From contig JAOAJH010000002.1 in assembly GCA_026414305.1 (NCBI GenBank), positions 39,998 through 103,997 on the forward strand: 64,000 nucleotides of DNA, in the 5' to 3' direction. The notes under the pieces are model-generated. The model did not search any database. It had not been told where the DNA came from and saw only the letters and a program-made list of their open reading frames with translations. Made by a program: the position numbers and the translations under genes. Every line of letters begins with the position of its first letter. Position 1 is the first letter of the stretch. Below are positions 37,968 to 47,669 of this stretch, one piece after another. This stretch comes from Candidatus Aenigmatarchaeota archaeon. GTDB lineage: Archaea; Aenigmatarchaeota; Aenigmatarchaeia; CG10238-14.

Positions 37968-38651
37968 TCACTCTATTAAATTTATGATTTTTGCTTCAGG
38001 TCTTTCTTTACTGATATCTACAAAACCAACATAACCCTCGGCAAATCTACCTGGATTTATTAATAATGTATTGTTAATGTAATCAATACCCCTAGCTTCA
38101 TGTATATGGGCAGAAACAGCAATAATCGGCGAATATTTTTCTATAAAATTTCTTACAACTCTTGATCCAACATGCATACCTGTAGTTATATAATCCAACT
38201 TTGTGTCTATTGGTGGTGTATGTGTTATCTGAACTTTTTTATTAACTTTCATTACATCTATAAATGCCCTTTCTAACCCTTTTTTTATTTCTTCATCTTT
38301 TGGTTCGTATGATGTATTAAAAGGTGTTTGTGCTCCACCAAAACCATAAAAACCAACATTGTTTATGATTTTACCTTTACCATGTACACTTATATTTTCC
38401 TTGTCTATAAGATCAATAATATTTTTATCGTCATTGTTTCCAGGCACAGCAACGACAGGTTTTTTGAATATTCTTAACTCCTCTATTATTATTTTGGCAA
38501 CATCTTCTTGTGTGAATCCCTTTGGTGTATTTATGTCACTAAAATCACCAGCATAAATTATCACATCAAACTCATGTTCAGACAATACGTCAATGAACGT
38601 GAACATGTTTTCTATATCATTGTGGTTGTCACTTAATACAAGTAGTTTCAT
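37968..38651 (-). CDS. Calcineurin-like metallophosphoesterase
   Basis: LLVLSDNHND...VIIYAGDFSD...GNNDD...HIHE metallophosphatase motifs. Confidence 0.75.
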   Translation of the reverse strand: MKLLVLSDNHNDIENMFTFIDVLSEHEFDVIIYAGDFSDINTPKGFTQEDVAKIIIEELRIFKKPVVAVPGNNDDKNIIDLIDKENISVHGKGKIINNVGFYGFGGAQTPFNTSYEPKDEEIKKGLERAFIDVMKVNKKVQITHTPPIDTKLDYITTGMHVGSRVVRNFIEKYSPIIAVSAHIHEARGIDYINNTLLINPGRFAEGYVGFVDISKERPEAKIINLIE

Positions 38652-38956
38652 TCTATCACCTTTGTTTTTATTTCAAAACCATTGTTTTTTGTTTTTATCC
38701 ATATTTCTATTGGTATATTATGTTCCTTTGCAAACATTTCTATATTTTTAAATTGCACCTTTTCTCTGGGTTTTATGTAAAACTTTTCTTTTTTTGTGCC
38801 CTTTACTTCAATTATCTTTTCTATCTTGTTTTGGTTGGGTGAAAGCACAATAAAATCTGCAGATTGCCCTATGGCCAGTTTCAGCACATTTTGTTTTCCG
38901 TATTTTTCTATCAACTTTTGTTTTACAAAATACTCATATCTATATCCTTTATGCAT
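38648..38956 (-). CDS. hjc: Holliday junction resolvase Hjc-like PD-(D/E)xK nuclease
   Basis: KGYRYEYFVKQKLIEKYG...ADFIVL...IEVKGTKKEKFYI aligns with Hjc (KGAQAERELIKLLEKHG...VDLVAG...IEVKVTKKDHLYV). Confidence 0.7.
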   Translation of the reverse strand: MHKGYRYEYFVKQKLIEKYGKQNVLKLAIGQSADFIVLSPNQNKIEKIIEVKGTKKEKFYIKPREKVQFKNIEMFAKEHNIPIEIWIKTKNNGFEIKTKVIE

Positions 38957-39005
38957 TTAAAAACCCTAAATTTAATTATTAATTAGGGTATATTAAAGTG
39001 ATTGT

Positions 39006-39545
39006 ATGGTAATGGATGTAAAAGTAGAAAAAATAATGACAAAAAAACCACTTACAGTGAATAAAAACGATGACATAGCATCTGTTGCAAAGAAAATGGC
39101 AGAAAACAGGATAGGATCTGCGATAGTTCAAGACAACGGAAACCCAATAGGTATAATCACAGAAACAGATCTTGTGAAAAAAATAGTTGCTGCGTCATTA
39201 GATGCAAAAAAATTCAAAGCTAAAGATATAATGAGTCATCCATTGGTTTTTGTCACACCAAATGACGATTATAAAGTCGCTGTTGAAAAGATGAGAAAAC
39301 ATAAAATAAAGAGAATACCTGTTATAGATTCAGGAAAAGTCGTTGGTATAGTTACAACAACTGATATAGCAAGAACTGTACCAGAAATGATAGAAATATT
39401 AAAAGAAAGAACAGGTATGAAATCAACACAACCAATAATAAAAACAGCAGTTGCTTCAGGTCTATGTGAGATCTGCGGAAACTATTCAGATTTTTTGGTA
39501 TTTGAAGACGACCAATGGATATGTGAAGTTTGTAGAGAAGAGTAA
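39006..39545 (+). CDS. CBS-pair protein with a C-terminal zinc ribbon
   Basis: Two CBS domains followed by CEICGN...CEVCREE. Confidence 0.8.
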   Translation: MVMDVKVEKIMTKKPLTVNKNDDIASVAKKMAENRIGSAIVQDNGNPIGIITETDLVKKIVAASLDAKKFKAKDIMSHPLVFVTPNDDYKVAVEKMRKHKIKRIPVIDSGKVVGIVTTTDIARTVPEMIEILKERTGMKSTQPIIKTAVASGLCEICGNYSDFLVFEDDQWICEVCREE

Positions 39546-39577
39546 TTTTCTTTAAATCAAGGGATAAAATAAATAAT

Positions 39578-40363
39578 ATGATTTTCATAGATAGAGTTTT
39601 TTCTGAAAAGAAAATATCCACTGTTATGCAAAAAAATGTTATAACAGCTGAATTTGGAACAAAAATAATTGATGTGTCTAAAATTATATTTAAATTTGGA
39701 CATAGAAGGATACCCATTGTAAAGAAAAGCATAGTTTCTAAAAAAACAATCGGTATAGTCACAATAATGGACATTTTAGACGCATACTTGAGAGGAGTTA
39801 GTTTTGAGAATAAAATCGAAGATATAATGACAAGAGATTTTATATATTGTTATAACGATGATAAAGTTGAAGATGTTATAAGGAAGTTTCAATTTTCAAG
39901 AAGAGGCGGTTTTCCAGTTTTGGATCAAAGAAAAAATCTTGTGGGAATAGTGACAGAAAACGATGTCATAGGATTCATAAATGAAGATAGTCTAAAAAAC
40001 AAAGTAAAATATTTCATGACAAAAAAACCATTTTATCTAAAAAAACAAAAAATGTTAGAATCAATAAAAATATTGGTTAATACAAAATATAGAAAATTAC
40101 CAATAGTGGAATCAAACAAAATACAAGGACTTTTGACAGATAGAATATGTTTGAAAGAAGTAATAAACAACTCAGATTTGCAAAGATATAATACTGATTT
40201 TTGCATAAAGGATCTGATTTATGTAAACCCTGAAGATGACATCATGAAAGCGATAAATATAATGAGAGAAAAAAAACTTGGGGGCATACCGGTTGTAGAA
40301 AAAGAAAAACTAGTAGGAATTATAACGGAAAGAGATATATTAGACAAAATAAAATTTACATAG
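39578..40363 (+). CDS. CBS-domain protein (four CBS repeats)
   Basis: The repeated hPhV....lvGIvT..Dil pattern occurs four times. Confidence 0.8.
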   Translation: MIFIDRVFSEKKISTVMQKNVITAEFGTKIIDVSKIIFKFGHRRIPIVKKSIVSKKTIGIVTIMDILDAYLRGVSFENKIEDIMTRDFIYCYNDDKVEDVIRKFQFSRRGGFPVLDQRKNLVGIVTENDVIGFINEDSLKNKVKYFMTKKPFYLKKQKMLESIKILVNTKYRKLPIVESNKIQGLLTDRICLKEVINNSDLQRYNTDFCIKDLIYVNPEDDIMKAINIMREKKLGGIPVVEKEKLVGIITERDILDKIKFT

Positions 40364-41231
40364 ATCTTAAAATTTTTATTCTTTCTTCTATTGGCGGATG
40401 AGTTGCAGCCAGTTCGTCAAAAACATTTTTTGACGGGTCAACAAAAAACATATGTGAAACAGCATCGCTAACATCTAACTCACCTTTGTTTGTCTTCATT
40501 ATTTTTTCAAGCGCACTTGCAAGACCTTCTGGATATCTTGTTAGTTTTACAGCAGTTGAATCTGCAAGATATTCTCTTTTTCTTGATATAGCTAGATGTA
40601 TCAGTCTTACTATTATAGGTGCTAATATTACAAATAAAATACCAAAAATAATTAAAATAGAATTTTTACCTTTTGTTCGGAATCTAAATGATCTTAAAAT
40701 GGTATGAGATAATATTACAACAAGTCCTACTACAGTAGCCACAATCATAGAAAACCTTATGTCATAATTTGATATATGCGACATTTCATGAGCAATTACA
40801 CCAGAAAGTTCATCACGGTTTAATTTCTCAAGCAAACCAGTTGTTATGGCTATACTGCTGTTATGCGGATCCCTACCAGTTGCAAATGCGTTCATTTCAT
40901 TAGATTCAATGACATAAATTTTTGGTTTGGGTATTCCAGCAGCAATTGACAATTCTTCAACAACATTGTTTAACTGTATATATTTCTTGCCTACAGCAGG
41001 CTTTGCACCTGTCGCAGCAAGAACTATCTTATCTCCGTTGAGCCATCCATTGAGAACATACAAAAGCGAGAAAATAATTCCAAAAAACAAAACAGTTATT
41101 GTGTAACCAGGAAAAAATATAATTGAAAAAAAATAAATTATAAACAATAAAGATAAAAAAACAAAAAAACTTAACACCAACGAATCTCTTTTGTTTTTTT
41201 CAATTTGCTCATGAAAGCTTATCTTTTTCAT
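40356..41231 (-). CDS. htpX: HtpX-like M48 zinc metalloprotease
   Basis: HEMSH zinc-binding motif, N-terminal TM helices, and C-terminal AATHPPIEERI. Confidence 0.85.
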   Translation of the reverse strand: MKKISFHEQIEKNKRDSLVLSFFVFLSLLFIIYFFSIIFFPGYTITVLFFGIIFSLLYVLNGWLNGDKIVLAATGAKPAVGKKYIQLNNVVEELSIAAGIPKPKIYVIESNEMNAFATGRDPHNSSIAITTGLLEKLNRDELSGVIAHEMSHISNYDIRFSMIVATVVGLVVILSHTILRSFRFRTKGKNSILIIFGILFVILAPIIVRLIHLAISRKREYLADSTAVKLTRYPEGLASALEKIMKTNKGELDVSDAVSHMFFVDPSKNVFDELAATHPPIEERIKILRSM

Positions 41232-41782
41232 TCAAAGTCAACTTTCACTGGTTTTCTTTCAATTTCTTGAACTTCGAAATATTCTCGTGTTTTCGGTTTT
41301 CCAGTGAAACCTACAAACCACACACCAGGTATTGTTGTAACCATGTTGTTATATTCAAGCACCGAATCGTTGTAAAATTGTCTAGCATAAGCAACTTTGT
41401 TTTCTATTGACTCTAATTGTTCTTGAAGCAGCTTGAAATTTTCGTTTGCCTTTAATTTTGGATAGTTTTCTGCAAGTGCAAATATTGTTTTCAATGCAGC
41501 TGAAAGTTGTTTTTCTGCTTTTGCCATTGACTTCAAATCACCACCGGCTTTCATCATTTCTTCTCTTGCCTTTGCCACCATTTCTATGACTTTTCTTTCG
41601 TGTTTCATATAACCCTTAACTGTGCTTACCAAGTTAGGTACAAGGTCAGCTCTTTTCTTTAACTGGACATCGATTTGTGACCAAGCATTGTCTATCCTAT
41701 TTGACAATACTATTATTTTGTTTATGTAGATTATTGGTATCACTATAAACAAAAAAAGTGCAAACAAAATCCACAATATCAA
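41228..41782 (-). CDS. LemA-family protein
   Basis: N-terminal TM followed by NRIDNAWSQIDVQLKKRADLVPNLV..., typical of LemA. Confidence 0.8.
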   Translation of the reverse strand: MILWILFALFLFIVIPIIYINKIIVLSNRIDNAWSQIDVQLKKRADLVPNLVSTVKGYMKHERKVIEMVAKAREEMMKAGGDLKSMAKAEKQLSAALKTIFALAENYPKLKANENFKLLQEQLESIENKVAYARQFYNDSVLEYNNMVTTIPGVWFVGFTGKPKTREYFEVQEIERKPVKVDFE

Positions 41783-41851
41783 TTAATCACCTGAAATAAT
41801 ATCGGATTTTTTATTTAAACATTTATCTATTAGAAATGAAAAATAAATAGA

Positions 41852-42844
41852 ATGTCTGCAAACATTTTGTATAACGGATGTTTAAATTTGGAGATAGATA
41901 ATAAGATAATCTCGCTCGACCCTGAAGGCAAAGTTGACGCTGATATAGTTTTCATATCACATGCTCACATGGATCATTCTATATCAAACGAAACAGTGAC
42001 ACCCAAAGTTACTTCCGAAGCCACAAAAGAGCTTGTTCAGTTTAGAAGAGGATTGCAAATGATCAATACAATAACATTTGATATTTTTGATTTTAATGGT
42101 ATTAATTTCAAACTTTTAAATTCCGGCCATGTAATAGGTTCAAAATCACTTCTGTTGAAATTCAAGAATAAAAGAATATTTTACACGGGTGATATATGCG
42201 ACAAACACAGATTTCATATGAAGGCTGCTGATATACCTAATTCCGACATAATGATAATAGAAAGCACATATGGATCAAGCATGTATGAAATCCCCAGCAT
42301 AACAGAAATAATAGAAGAGTCTAAAAAATGGATAAGAGAAGAACTTTCAGACGGCAATTCGCTTGTGCTTTATGGTTATCCACTTGGAAAGGCACAAATA
42401 ATATCAAAAATAGCTGAGGAGTTTGACGTTCCAATAATAATAAATGATTACATTTTTCAGATAAATGAGATATGCAAAAGATATGGGTTTTCTTCAAAAG
42501 ATTTTATACCACATTCAAAATATCAAAAGGATGATCAAGCAGTTTATATATTTCCAGCTTCAAGTAGAAGAAAATCACCAGCAATTGAAGCCAAAAAGAC
42601 AAAAACCGCGATGTTTAGTGGATGGGCATTGGATGATGATTACAAACATAAGATAGGTGTTGATAAGGCGTTTCCTCTTACAGATCATGCAGACTATAAA
42701 GGTCTTTTGAAAATAGTCAAGCAATCATCACCAGAAAAAGTTTTCACATTTCACGGTTTTCACAATGATCTAGCCATTTCCATAAAGGAAAATTTGGGAA
42801 TAGATGCCGAACCACTTGAAAGTGGCTTATACAAACTTTTTTAG
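41852..42844 (+). CDS. Metallo-beta-lactamase-fold hydrolase (beta-CASP-like)
   Basis: HAHMDH (HxHxDH) motif and a downstream YTGD motif. Confidence 0.7.
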   Translation: MSANILYNGCLNLEIDNKIISLDPEGKVDADIVFISHAHMDHSISNETVTPKVTSEATKELVQFRRGLQMINTITFDIFDFNGINFKLLNSGHVIGSKSLLLKFKNKRIFYTGDICDKHRFHMKAADIPNSDIMIIESTYGSSMYEIPSITEIIEESKKWIREELSDGNSLVLYGYPLGKAQIISKIAEEFDVPIIINDYIFQINEICKRYGFSSKDFIPHSKYQKDDQAVYIFPASSRRKSPAIEAKKTKTAMFSGWALDDDYKHKIGVDKAFPLTDHADYKGLLKIVKQSSPEKVFTFHGFHNDLAISIKENLGIDAEPLESGLYKLF

Positions 42845-43024
42845 AATTATGAAAATAAGCCCAATAAACAGCAGATATAAAATACCTATTGATATGCTAA
42901 GATATGCTATTACATTTGTTATTGTTTCTGGGCTCTGATTTACAAACAGCATCCACGTGCTTGTAAGTATAAGAAGAAAGCCGAATGCACCAAGCAACAA
43001 AAGCATGAATTTTAAAAATTTCAT
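42827..43024 (-). CDS. Small two-TM membrane protein
   Basis: Two hydrophobic helices. Its start overlaps the stop of an upstream unlisted Zn-ribbon ORF (ATGA). Confidence 0.4.
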   Translation of the reverse strand: MKFLKFMLLLLGAFGFLLILTSTWMLFVNQSPETITNVIAYLSISIGILYLLFIGLIFIILKKFV

Positions 43025-43191
43025 GTCTTTTCCCTCACCTTTTTTATTGTTTTGTTTGAACTCTTGCCTTCCTTTCTTAGTGTATCTCTACATGACTTGC
43101 AAAGCGGAGCCCTGAATCCGAGCCATGTAACCCTTACAAGTCTTCCCACTTCTTTTATAGGTTTACCGCATTTAGTACATTTTTTCTGCAT
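43021..43191 (-). CDS. Small zinc-ribbon protein (56 aa; not in the ORF track because it is under 60 aa)
   Basis: The reverse strand reads MQKKCTKCGKPIKEVGRLVRVTWLGFRAPLCKSCRDTLRKEGKSSNKTIKKVREKT. The arrangement is CxxC...CxxC with a basic tail. Confidence 0.45.
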   Translation of the reverse strand: MQKKCTKCGKPIKEVGRLVRVTWLGFRAPLCKSCRDTLRKEGKSSNKTIKKVREKT

Positions 43192-43254
43192 AAAACACCT
43201 AAATTAAATGTAGTTTTTGAAAATATTAAATATTTACAATAAACATATTTTTTA

Positions 43255-44406
43255 ATGGTCGTAACCATAGAAAGAGATACAAAAAAGTTCCCATATGACA
43301 TAGAAATAGTAGAGAGAAAGGGAATAGGGCACCCAGACAGTGTTATAGACGGCATCTGCGAATTTTCATCTAAAGAAATTTCTAAATTTTATTTAAAGGA
43401 AAAGGGTTTTATACTTCATCACAATCTAGACAAGGGGCTTATAGTAGGTGGTGTGGCTGACCCTGTTTTTGGTGGCGGAAAAATTATACAACCACCTGAA
43501 ATAGTGGTTTCAGGTACAGCATCTATAATAAAAAACATAGATGATATGAGAAAAATATTACATGATCAGGTTATAGAATATTTGGATAAGAACATAAGGT
43601 ATTTTGAAAAACTTAATCCTGAAATAGAGATAAAAATACACCCTGGCTCAAATGATTTGGTAAAATTGTATGAAAGTTTTAGCAACGGTCAAACACCGCT
43701 TGCAAATGACACATCATTTGGTGTAGGCTTTGCACCACTTACGAAATTGGAGAAAACTGTTTTGGAAGTGGAAAATACCTTGAATATGAAATTTAGAAAG
43801 AAAAATGAATTTGTTGGTGAAGACATCAAAGTAATGGGTGTTAGAGATGGGAATAACACTGACATCACGGTTGCAATGGCTTTTGTTTCTGAGTTCATTC
43901 AAAATACAAATGATTATTATGAAAAGAAAGCAAAAGTTAAAGAATTTTTGGAAAAGAACTTTTCAAATGTTAACTTTATGATAAACACAGCAGACTCTGG
44001 TGATAATATATATTTAACTGTGAGTGGTGTCTCTTGGGAAAATGGTGATGATGGTCAAGTTGGAAGGGGTAATAGATGTAATGGTCTCATAACACCGTTT
44101 AGGTTTATGTCCCTCGAAGCAGCATCAGGTAAAAATCCAGTGTCTCATGTTGGAAAAATATATAATCTGTTCGCCACACAACTTTCAGAGAAGGTTCAAA
44201 AACATTTTGATTTGAAGAATGTTGAAATAATAATGGTTTCAAAAATAGGCAAGCCAATAGATGAGCCATTTGTGGGTGTCAAGTATTTTAGTGATAACAA
44301 AATAAGTGAAAAAGAATTGAAGGAGTTTGTCCAAGAAAAAATTAACAGAAATTCGTTTGAAGAATTAACAGAGGATATAATAAACGGAAAAATAAACACG
44401 TTTTAA
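43255..44406 (+). CDS. mat: Archaeal-type S-adenosylmethionine synthetase (MAT)
   Basis: The N-terminus IVERKGIGHPDSVIDGICE is characteristic of the archaeal MAT family. Length 383 aa. Confidence 0.9.
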   Translation: MVVTIERDTKKFPYDIEIVERKGIGHPDSVIDGICEFSSKEISKFYLKEKGFILHHNLDKGLIVGGVADPVFGGGKIIQPPEIVVSGTASIIKNIDDMRKILHDQVIEYLDKNIRYFEKLNPEIEIKIHPGSNDLVKLYESFSNGQTPLANDTSFGVGFAPLTKLEKTVLEVENTLNMKFRKKNEFVGEDIKVMGVRDGNNTDITVAMAFVSEFIQNTNDYYEKKAKVKEFLEKNFSNVNFMINTADSGDNIYLTVSGVSWENGDDGQVGRGNRCNGLITPFRFMSLEAASGKNPVSHVGKIYNLFATQLSEKVQKHFDLKNVEIIMVSKIGKPIDEPFVGVKYFSDNKISEKELKEFVQEKINRNSFEELTEDIINGKINTF

Positions 44407-44449
44407 GTCTACAGATTGTTATTTAAGCATATTATTCTTACTTTAAATA

Positions 44450-45490
44450 ATGAAATGTTTCATTGTTGTGAACCCTTTGGGTGTTTTTGCAGTAGACGAG
44501 TCTGGAAATATTATTGATAGAGAATATTTTAAAAAAGGGGAAAAAAAGAACGCGACGAAAATAACAACAGATATTATAGATGAAGAAAAGTCACTGATTA
44601 GGAGGCTTCAACAGAAAGGATACACACAATTTGTTTCATCCAAAAAAAATGAAAATTATATTTTTGAACAAAATAACTTTGGTGAAATAATTGTCAGGCG
44701 AAATTTTAGAAAAATAGTTGATGAGCTAGGTTTTCAGGATATAAACGAGTATTTGACTAAGTTTGGTATTGAGCTTACAAGAATGAGAATAAAAAAGAAT
44801 GTGAAAAAGGATAGAATAGCAATGGAAGTGATAGATGCAATAGATGAAATTGACAAATCAATAAACATATATGTTGCTAGAATCAGAGAATGGTATGGTC
44901 TTCATTTCCCAGAATTTGAAAAACAAGTTGACAAGCATGAAAAATTTATCAAGCTAATAGCCACTTTTGGCTCAAGAGATAAAATAGAGGATTTTTCAGA
45001 TTTGGCAAAAGGAAGCATGGGACTTGATTTTAATGAAAGAGATGAAAACATTGTCAAGGAATATGCTTCAGCTATCTACAACATGTACAAGTTGAGAGAA
45101 AAAATGGAAAAGTATTTGGAAGATCTTTTAAAAGAAATAAGCCCGAATTTTTCTGCTTTGGCAGGGCCACTTTTGGCAGCTAGATTGATTGCCTTAGCAG
45201 GAGGTTTTGACAAACTTGCAAAGAAGCCATCTTCAACAATTCAGCTTTTGGGTGCTGAAAAGGCTTTGTTTAGGTATCTGCATGGTCACGGAAAATCCCC
45301 AAAACATGGTGTTTTGTTCACACACAATTTAATTCAACAAGCACCAATGAATAAAAGGGGTAAAATAGCAAGGGTGATAGCATCTAAATTAAGTATAGCA
45401 ATAAAAATGGACTATTATGGGAGTGGTGACAGTTCGGAAGAACTTAAAAGAGATCTGAATGAAAGAATTCAGAAGATTTTGAGGGAATAA
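44450..45490 (+). CDS. nop5: Nop5/Nop56-family C/D box snoRNP protein
   Basis: NOP domain GPLLAARLIALAGGFDKLAKKPSSTIQLLGAEKALFRYL. Immediately upstream of fibrillarin. Confidence 0.85.
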   Translation: MKCFIVVNPLGVFAVDESGNIIDREYFKKGEKKNATKITTDIIDEEKSLIRRLQQKGYTQFVSSKKNENYIFEQNNFGEIIVRRNFRKIVDELGFQDINEYLTKFGIELTRMRIKKNVKKDRIAMEVIDAIDEIDKSINIYVARIREWYGLHFPEFEKQVDKHEKFIKLIATFGSRDKIEDFSDLAKGSMGLDFNERDENIVKEYASAIYNMYKLREKMEKYLEDLLKEISPNFSALAGPLLAARLIALAGGFDKLAKKPSSTIQLLGAEKALFRYLHGHGKSPKHGVLFTHNLIQQAPMNKRGKIARVIASKLSIAIKMDYYGSGDSSEELKRDLNERIQKILRE

Positions 45491-45491
45491 A

Positions 45492-46160
45492 ATGTCAAAA
45501 AAATTTAACAGAAGAAATTTTGATGGGGTGTTTTGGATAAATGGAAAACTAGCTACGGAAAATCTTGTAAAGGGCAAAAGCGTTTATGAAGAGAAGTTGA
45601 TAAAAAAAGATGGTAAAGAATACAGATTGTGGGATCCTACGAGGTCAAAACCAGCAGCGGCTTTGTATAAAGGTTTGGACGTATTTCCAATTCACAAAGG
45701 AATGAAAATACTTTATTTAGGCATAGCATCTGGTACCACGTCCAGCCATTTTAGCGATATTGTTGGCAACAAAGGAATAATTTATGGTATAGAGATATCC
45801 GAAAGAGTTTTAAGGGAAATATTGAATATTGCAGAAGATAGAAAAAACATTGTTCCAATTTTGGCTGATGCAAGAATGCCTGAAGATTATTCATGGGTAG
45901 AAAGCGTGGATTTAGTCTATGCAGATGTCGCTGTCCCTGACATGTCTGAAGTTTTGATAAGAAATTGCAAGTATTTTTTGAAAGACAACGGGTATGCTAT
46001 GATTGCAATTAAATCAAGGAGTATAAACGTTTCTAAAAAACCACAAATTGTTTATAAGGAGGAGAGGGAGAAGCTTGAAAAATATTTCAATGTAACCAGT
46101 TTCATCATTCTTGACCCATTTGAAAGGGATCATGGATTCTTTGTTTTAAGGAAAAAGTGA
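45492..46160 (+). CDS. flpA: Fibrillarin rRNA/tRNA 2'-O-methyltransferase
   Basis: ILYLGIASGTTSSHFSDIVG...GIEIS...DARMP. Fibrillarin fold, 222 aa. Confidence 0.95.
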   Translation: MSKKFNRRNFDGVFWINGKLATENLVKGKSVYEEKLIKKDGKEYRLWDPTRSKPAAALYKGLDVFPIHKGMKILYLGIASGTTSSHFSDIVGNKGIIYGIEISERVLREILNIAEDRKNIVPILADARMPEDYSWVESVDLVYADVAVPDMSEVLIRNCKYFLKDNGYAMIAIKSRSINVSKKPQIVYKEEREKLEKYFNVTSFIILDPFERDHGFFVLRKK

Positions 46161-46231
46161 CTGGTTTTATCCAGCCAAAAATTAAACTACCATTTTGCAA
46201 GTTAACTTTTTGTTTTATTTTACCTCTGTCT

Positions 46232-46444
46232 TCAAACAGATAACTTTCCAACAATCTCATTTCTTCCAAACAAACCACCTCTGTAATATTCAGCAAACTC
46301 ACTCAATTTCTTTTGAGTTAATTGATTTTGCTGTATTAGCATTGAAAAGTCGCATTCATGGCAAAATGCCCTTTTGTTCCCAAAAAAATCTAAAAATACA
46401 ACAACACTATGCGAGTGACATCTTTTACACTCCATTTTTATCAC
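46232..46444 (-). CDS. Small Cys4 zinc-finger protein (hypothetical)
   Basis: CKRCHSHS...(17)...CHEC. The overlapping plus-strand ORF is low-complexity. Confidence 0.3.
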   Translation of the reverse strand: MIKMECKRCHSHSVVVFLDFFGNKRAFCHECDFSMLIQQNQLTQKKLSEFAEYYRGGLFGRNEIVGKLSV

Positions 46445-46535
46445 AAAAGAGAATTTGAATTATTAATATACCTTCTTTTGCTAACACTTTGCTTTGGATG
46501 AAAATTATATTAAAGGCAAACAAAGCCTTTTTTAG

Positions 46536-47669
46536 CTAAACAAAACCTCTAAATAACTCTAAAAATCTATTCAAGTCGTTTTTTGCCAGTGTAACTCCAA
46601 TTGCAGACTTGTGTCCACCCCCCTTGATTGTGGGCATTTCTTTTTTGATTTTGTTTACAATCTCAACTAAATCTATATTTCTCATACTTTGCTCTATTCT
46701 TATGCTAAGTTTAACATTGAAACCCTTGTCTCTACCAATCACGCAAATTATCCAATCTGGATATTTTTGTCTGAGTTTATCAGACGCAAAAGATGTTATG
46801 GAGTTTATATTGCTATGTTTTGCTTCATAAACAAGGATTTTTTTGTCTTGAATAAACTTGCCATTTATTTTAACGTCATCAAGAATTTTTCTGTTTTCCC
46901 TTTCAATATTTTCATAAAATCTTCTAACAACATACGAATTTGTGCTTAGACCATTTATAAATTTTCCAGGATCATTTTTACATTCTATAAGGGCGTTAAC
47001 GACAACAAGCGCTCCATTCATCCTTTTAATCATTCTACCAGATCTTACCATGTCCCAAAGTTCACCAAAAACAGAGTTTTCAATACTTTTTTGGTTTATT
47101 TCTTTCAAATGAAAAAAACTTCCAAACTCACGTTTTACATCTTCAAATACATCTTTACATAGATCGACCCTGTGATCTTCCGTTATACCTATTGCAGCTA
47201 TCCAAGAAACTCTTTCTTCCGGAAAAAATACCTTAAGTAGTTTGTATATCATGTAAGAAGTTGGCGGTACATATTCATCCTTTTTTTCAAAATCTCTTGG
47301 ATTTATATATTTCATATTATTTTTGCTTTGTATGCTCTGTACATGATGATCAAGTATGAATCCATTAAATACACCCAATCTTTTTGGATCTATTGTAACA
47401 TCCAGTGTAAAAACAAAATCAGGGTTGAAAGTTTTAAGTTTCATCAGTAAATTTTTTGAAAGATTGTTCGGTCCTCTTATTGGAAAGAGTTCTGGAAATT
47501 GATTTGTTAATCTGAAAAGCAATATAGACATCAAGGTAGCAGATGTACAGCCGTCTGCGTCATCATGATGTATTATGCATACTTTGTTGCCACTTTGAAC
47601 GTTTTTTATTTCATCTTTAAGAAGATTTAGTAATTCTGTAAAATTATTCAGATTTTTCACCCATTTCAT
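46536..47669 (-). CDS. DHH-DHHA1 phosphoesterase (NrnA/RecJ-like nanoRNase family)
   Basis: CIIHHDDADG, LDHH and the DHHA1 GGGHKSAIG motif. Confidence 0.8.
   Translation of the reverse strand: MKWVKNLNNFTELLNLLKDEIKNVQSGNKVCIIHHDDADGCTSATLMSILLFRLTNQFPELFPIRGPNNLSKNLLMKLKTFNPDFVFTLDVTIDPKRLGVFNGFILDHHVQSIQSKNNMKYINPRDFEKKDEYVPPTSYMIYKLLKVFFPEERVSWIAAIGITEDHRVDLCKDVFEDVKREFGSFFHLKEINQKSIENSVFGELWDMVRSGRMIKRMNGALVVVNALIECKNDPGKFINGLSTNSYVVRRFYENIERENRKILDDVKINGKFIQDKKILVYEAKHSNINSITSFASDKLRQKYPDWIICVIGRDKGFNVKLSIRIEQSMRNIDLVEIVNKIKKEMPTIKGGGHKSAIGVTLAKNDLNRFLELFRGFV

Noticed and set aside
46195-46458. An 87-aa plus-strand ORF
   Set aside because: It is low-complexity Phe/Gln-rich. The opposite-strand 70-aa ORF has a Cys4 zinc-finger pattern and is the more plausible gene, if either is real.
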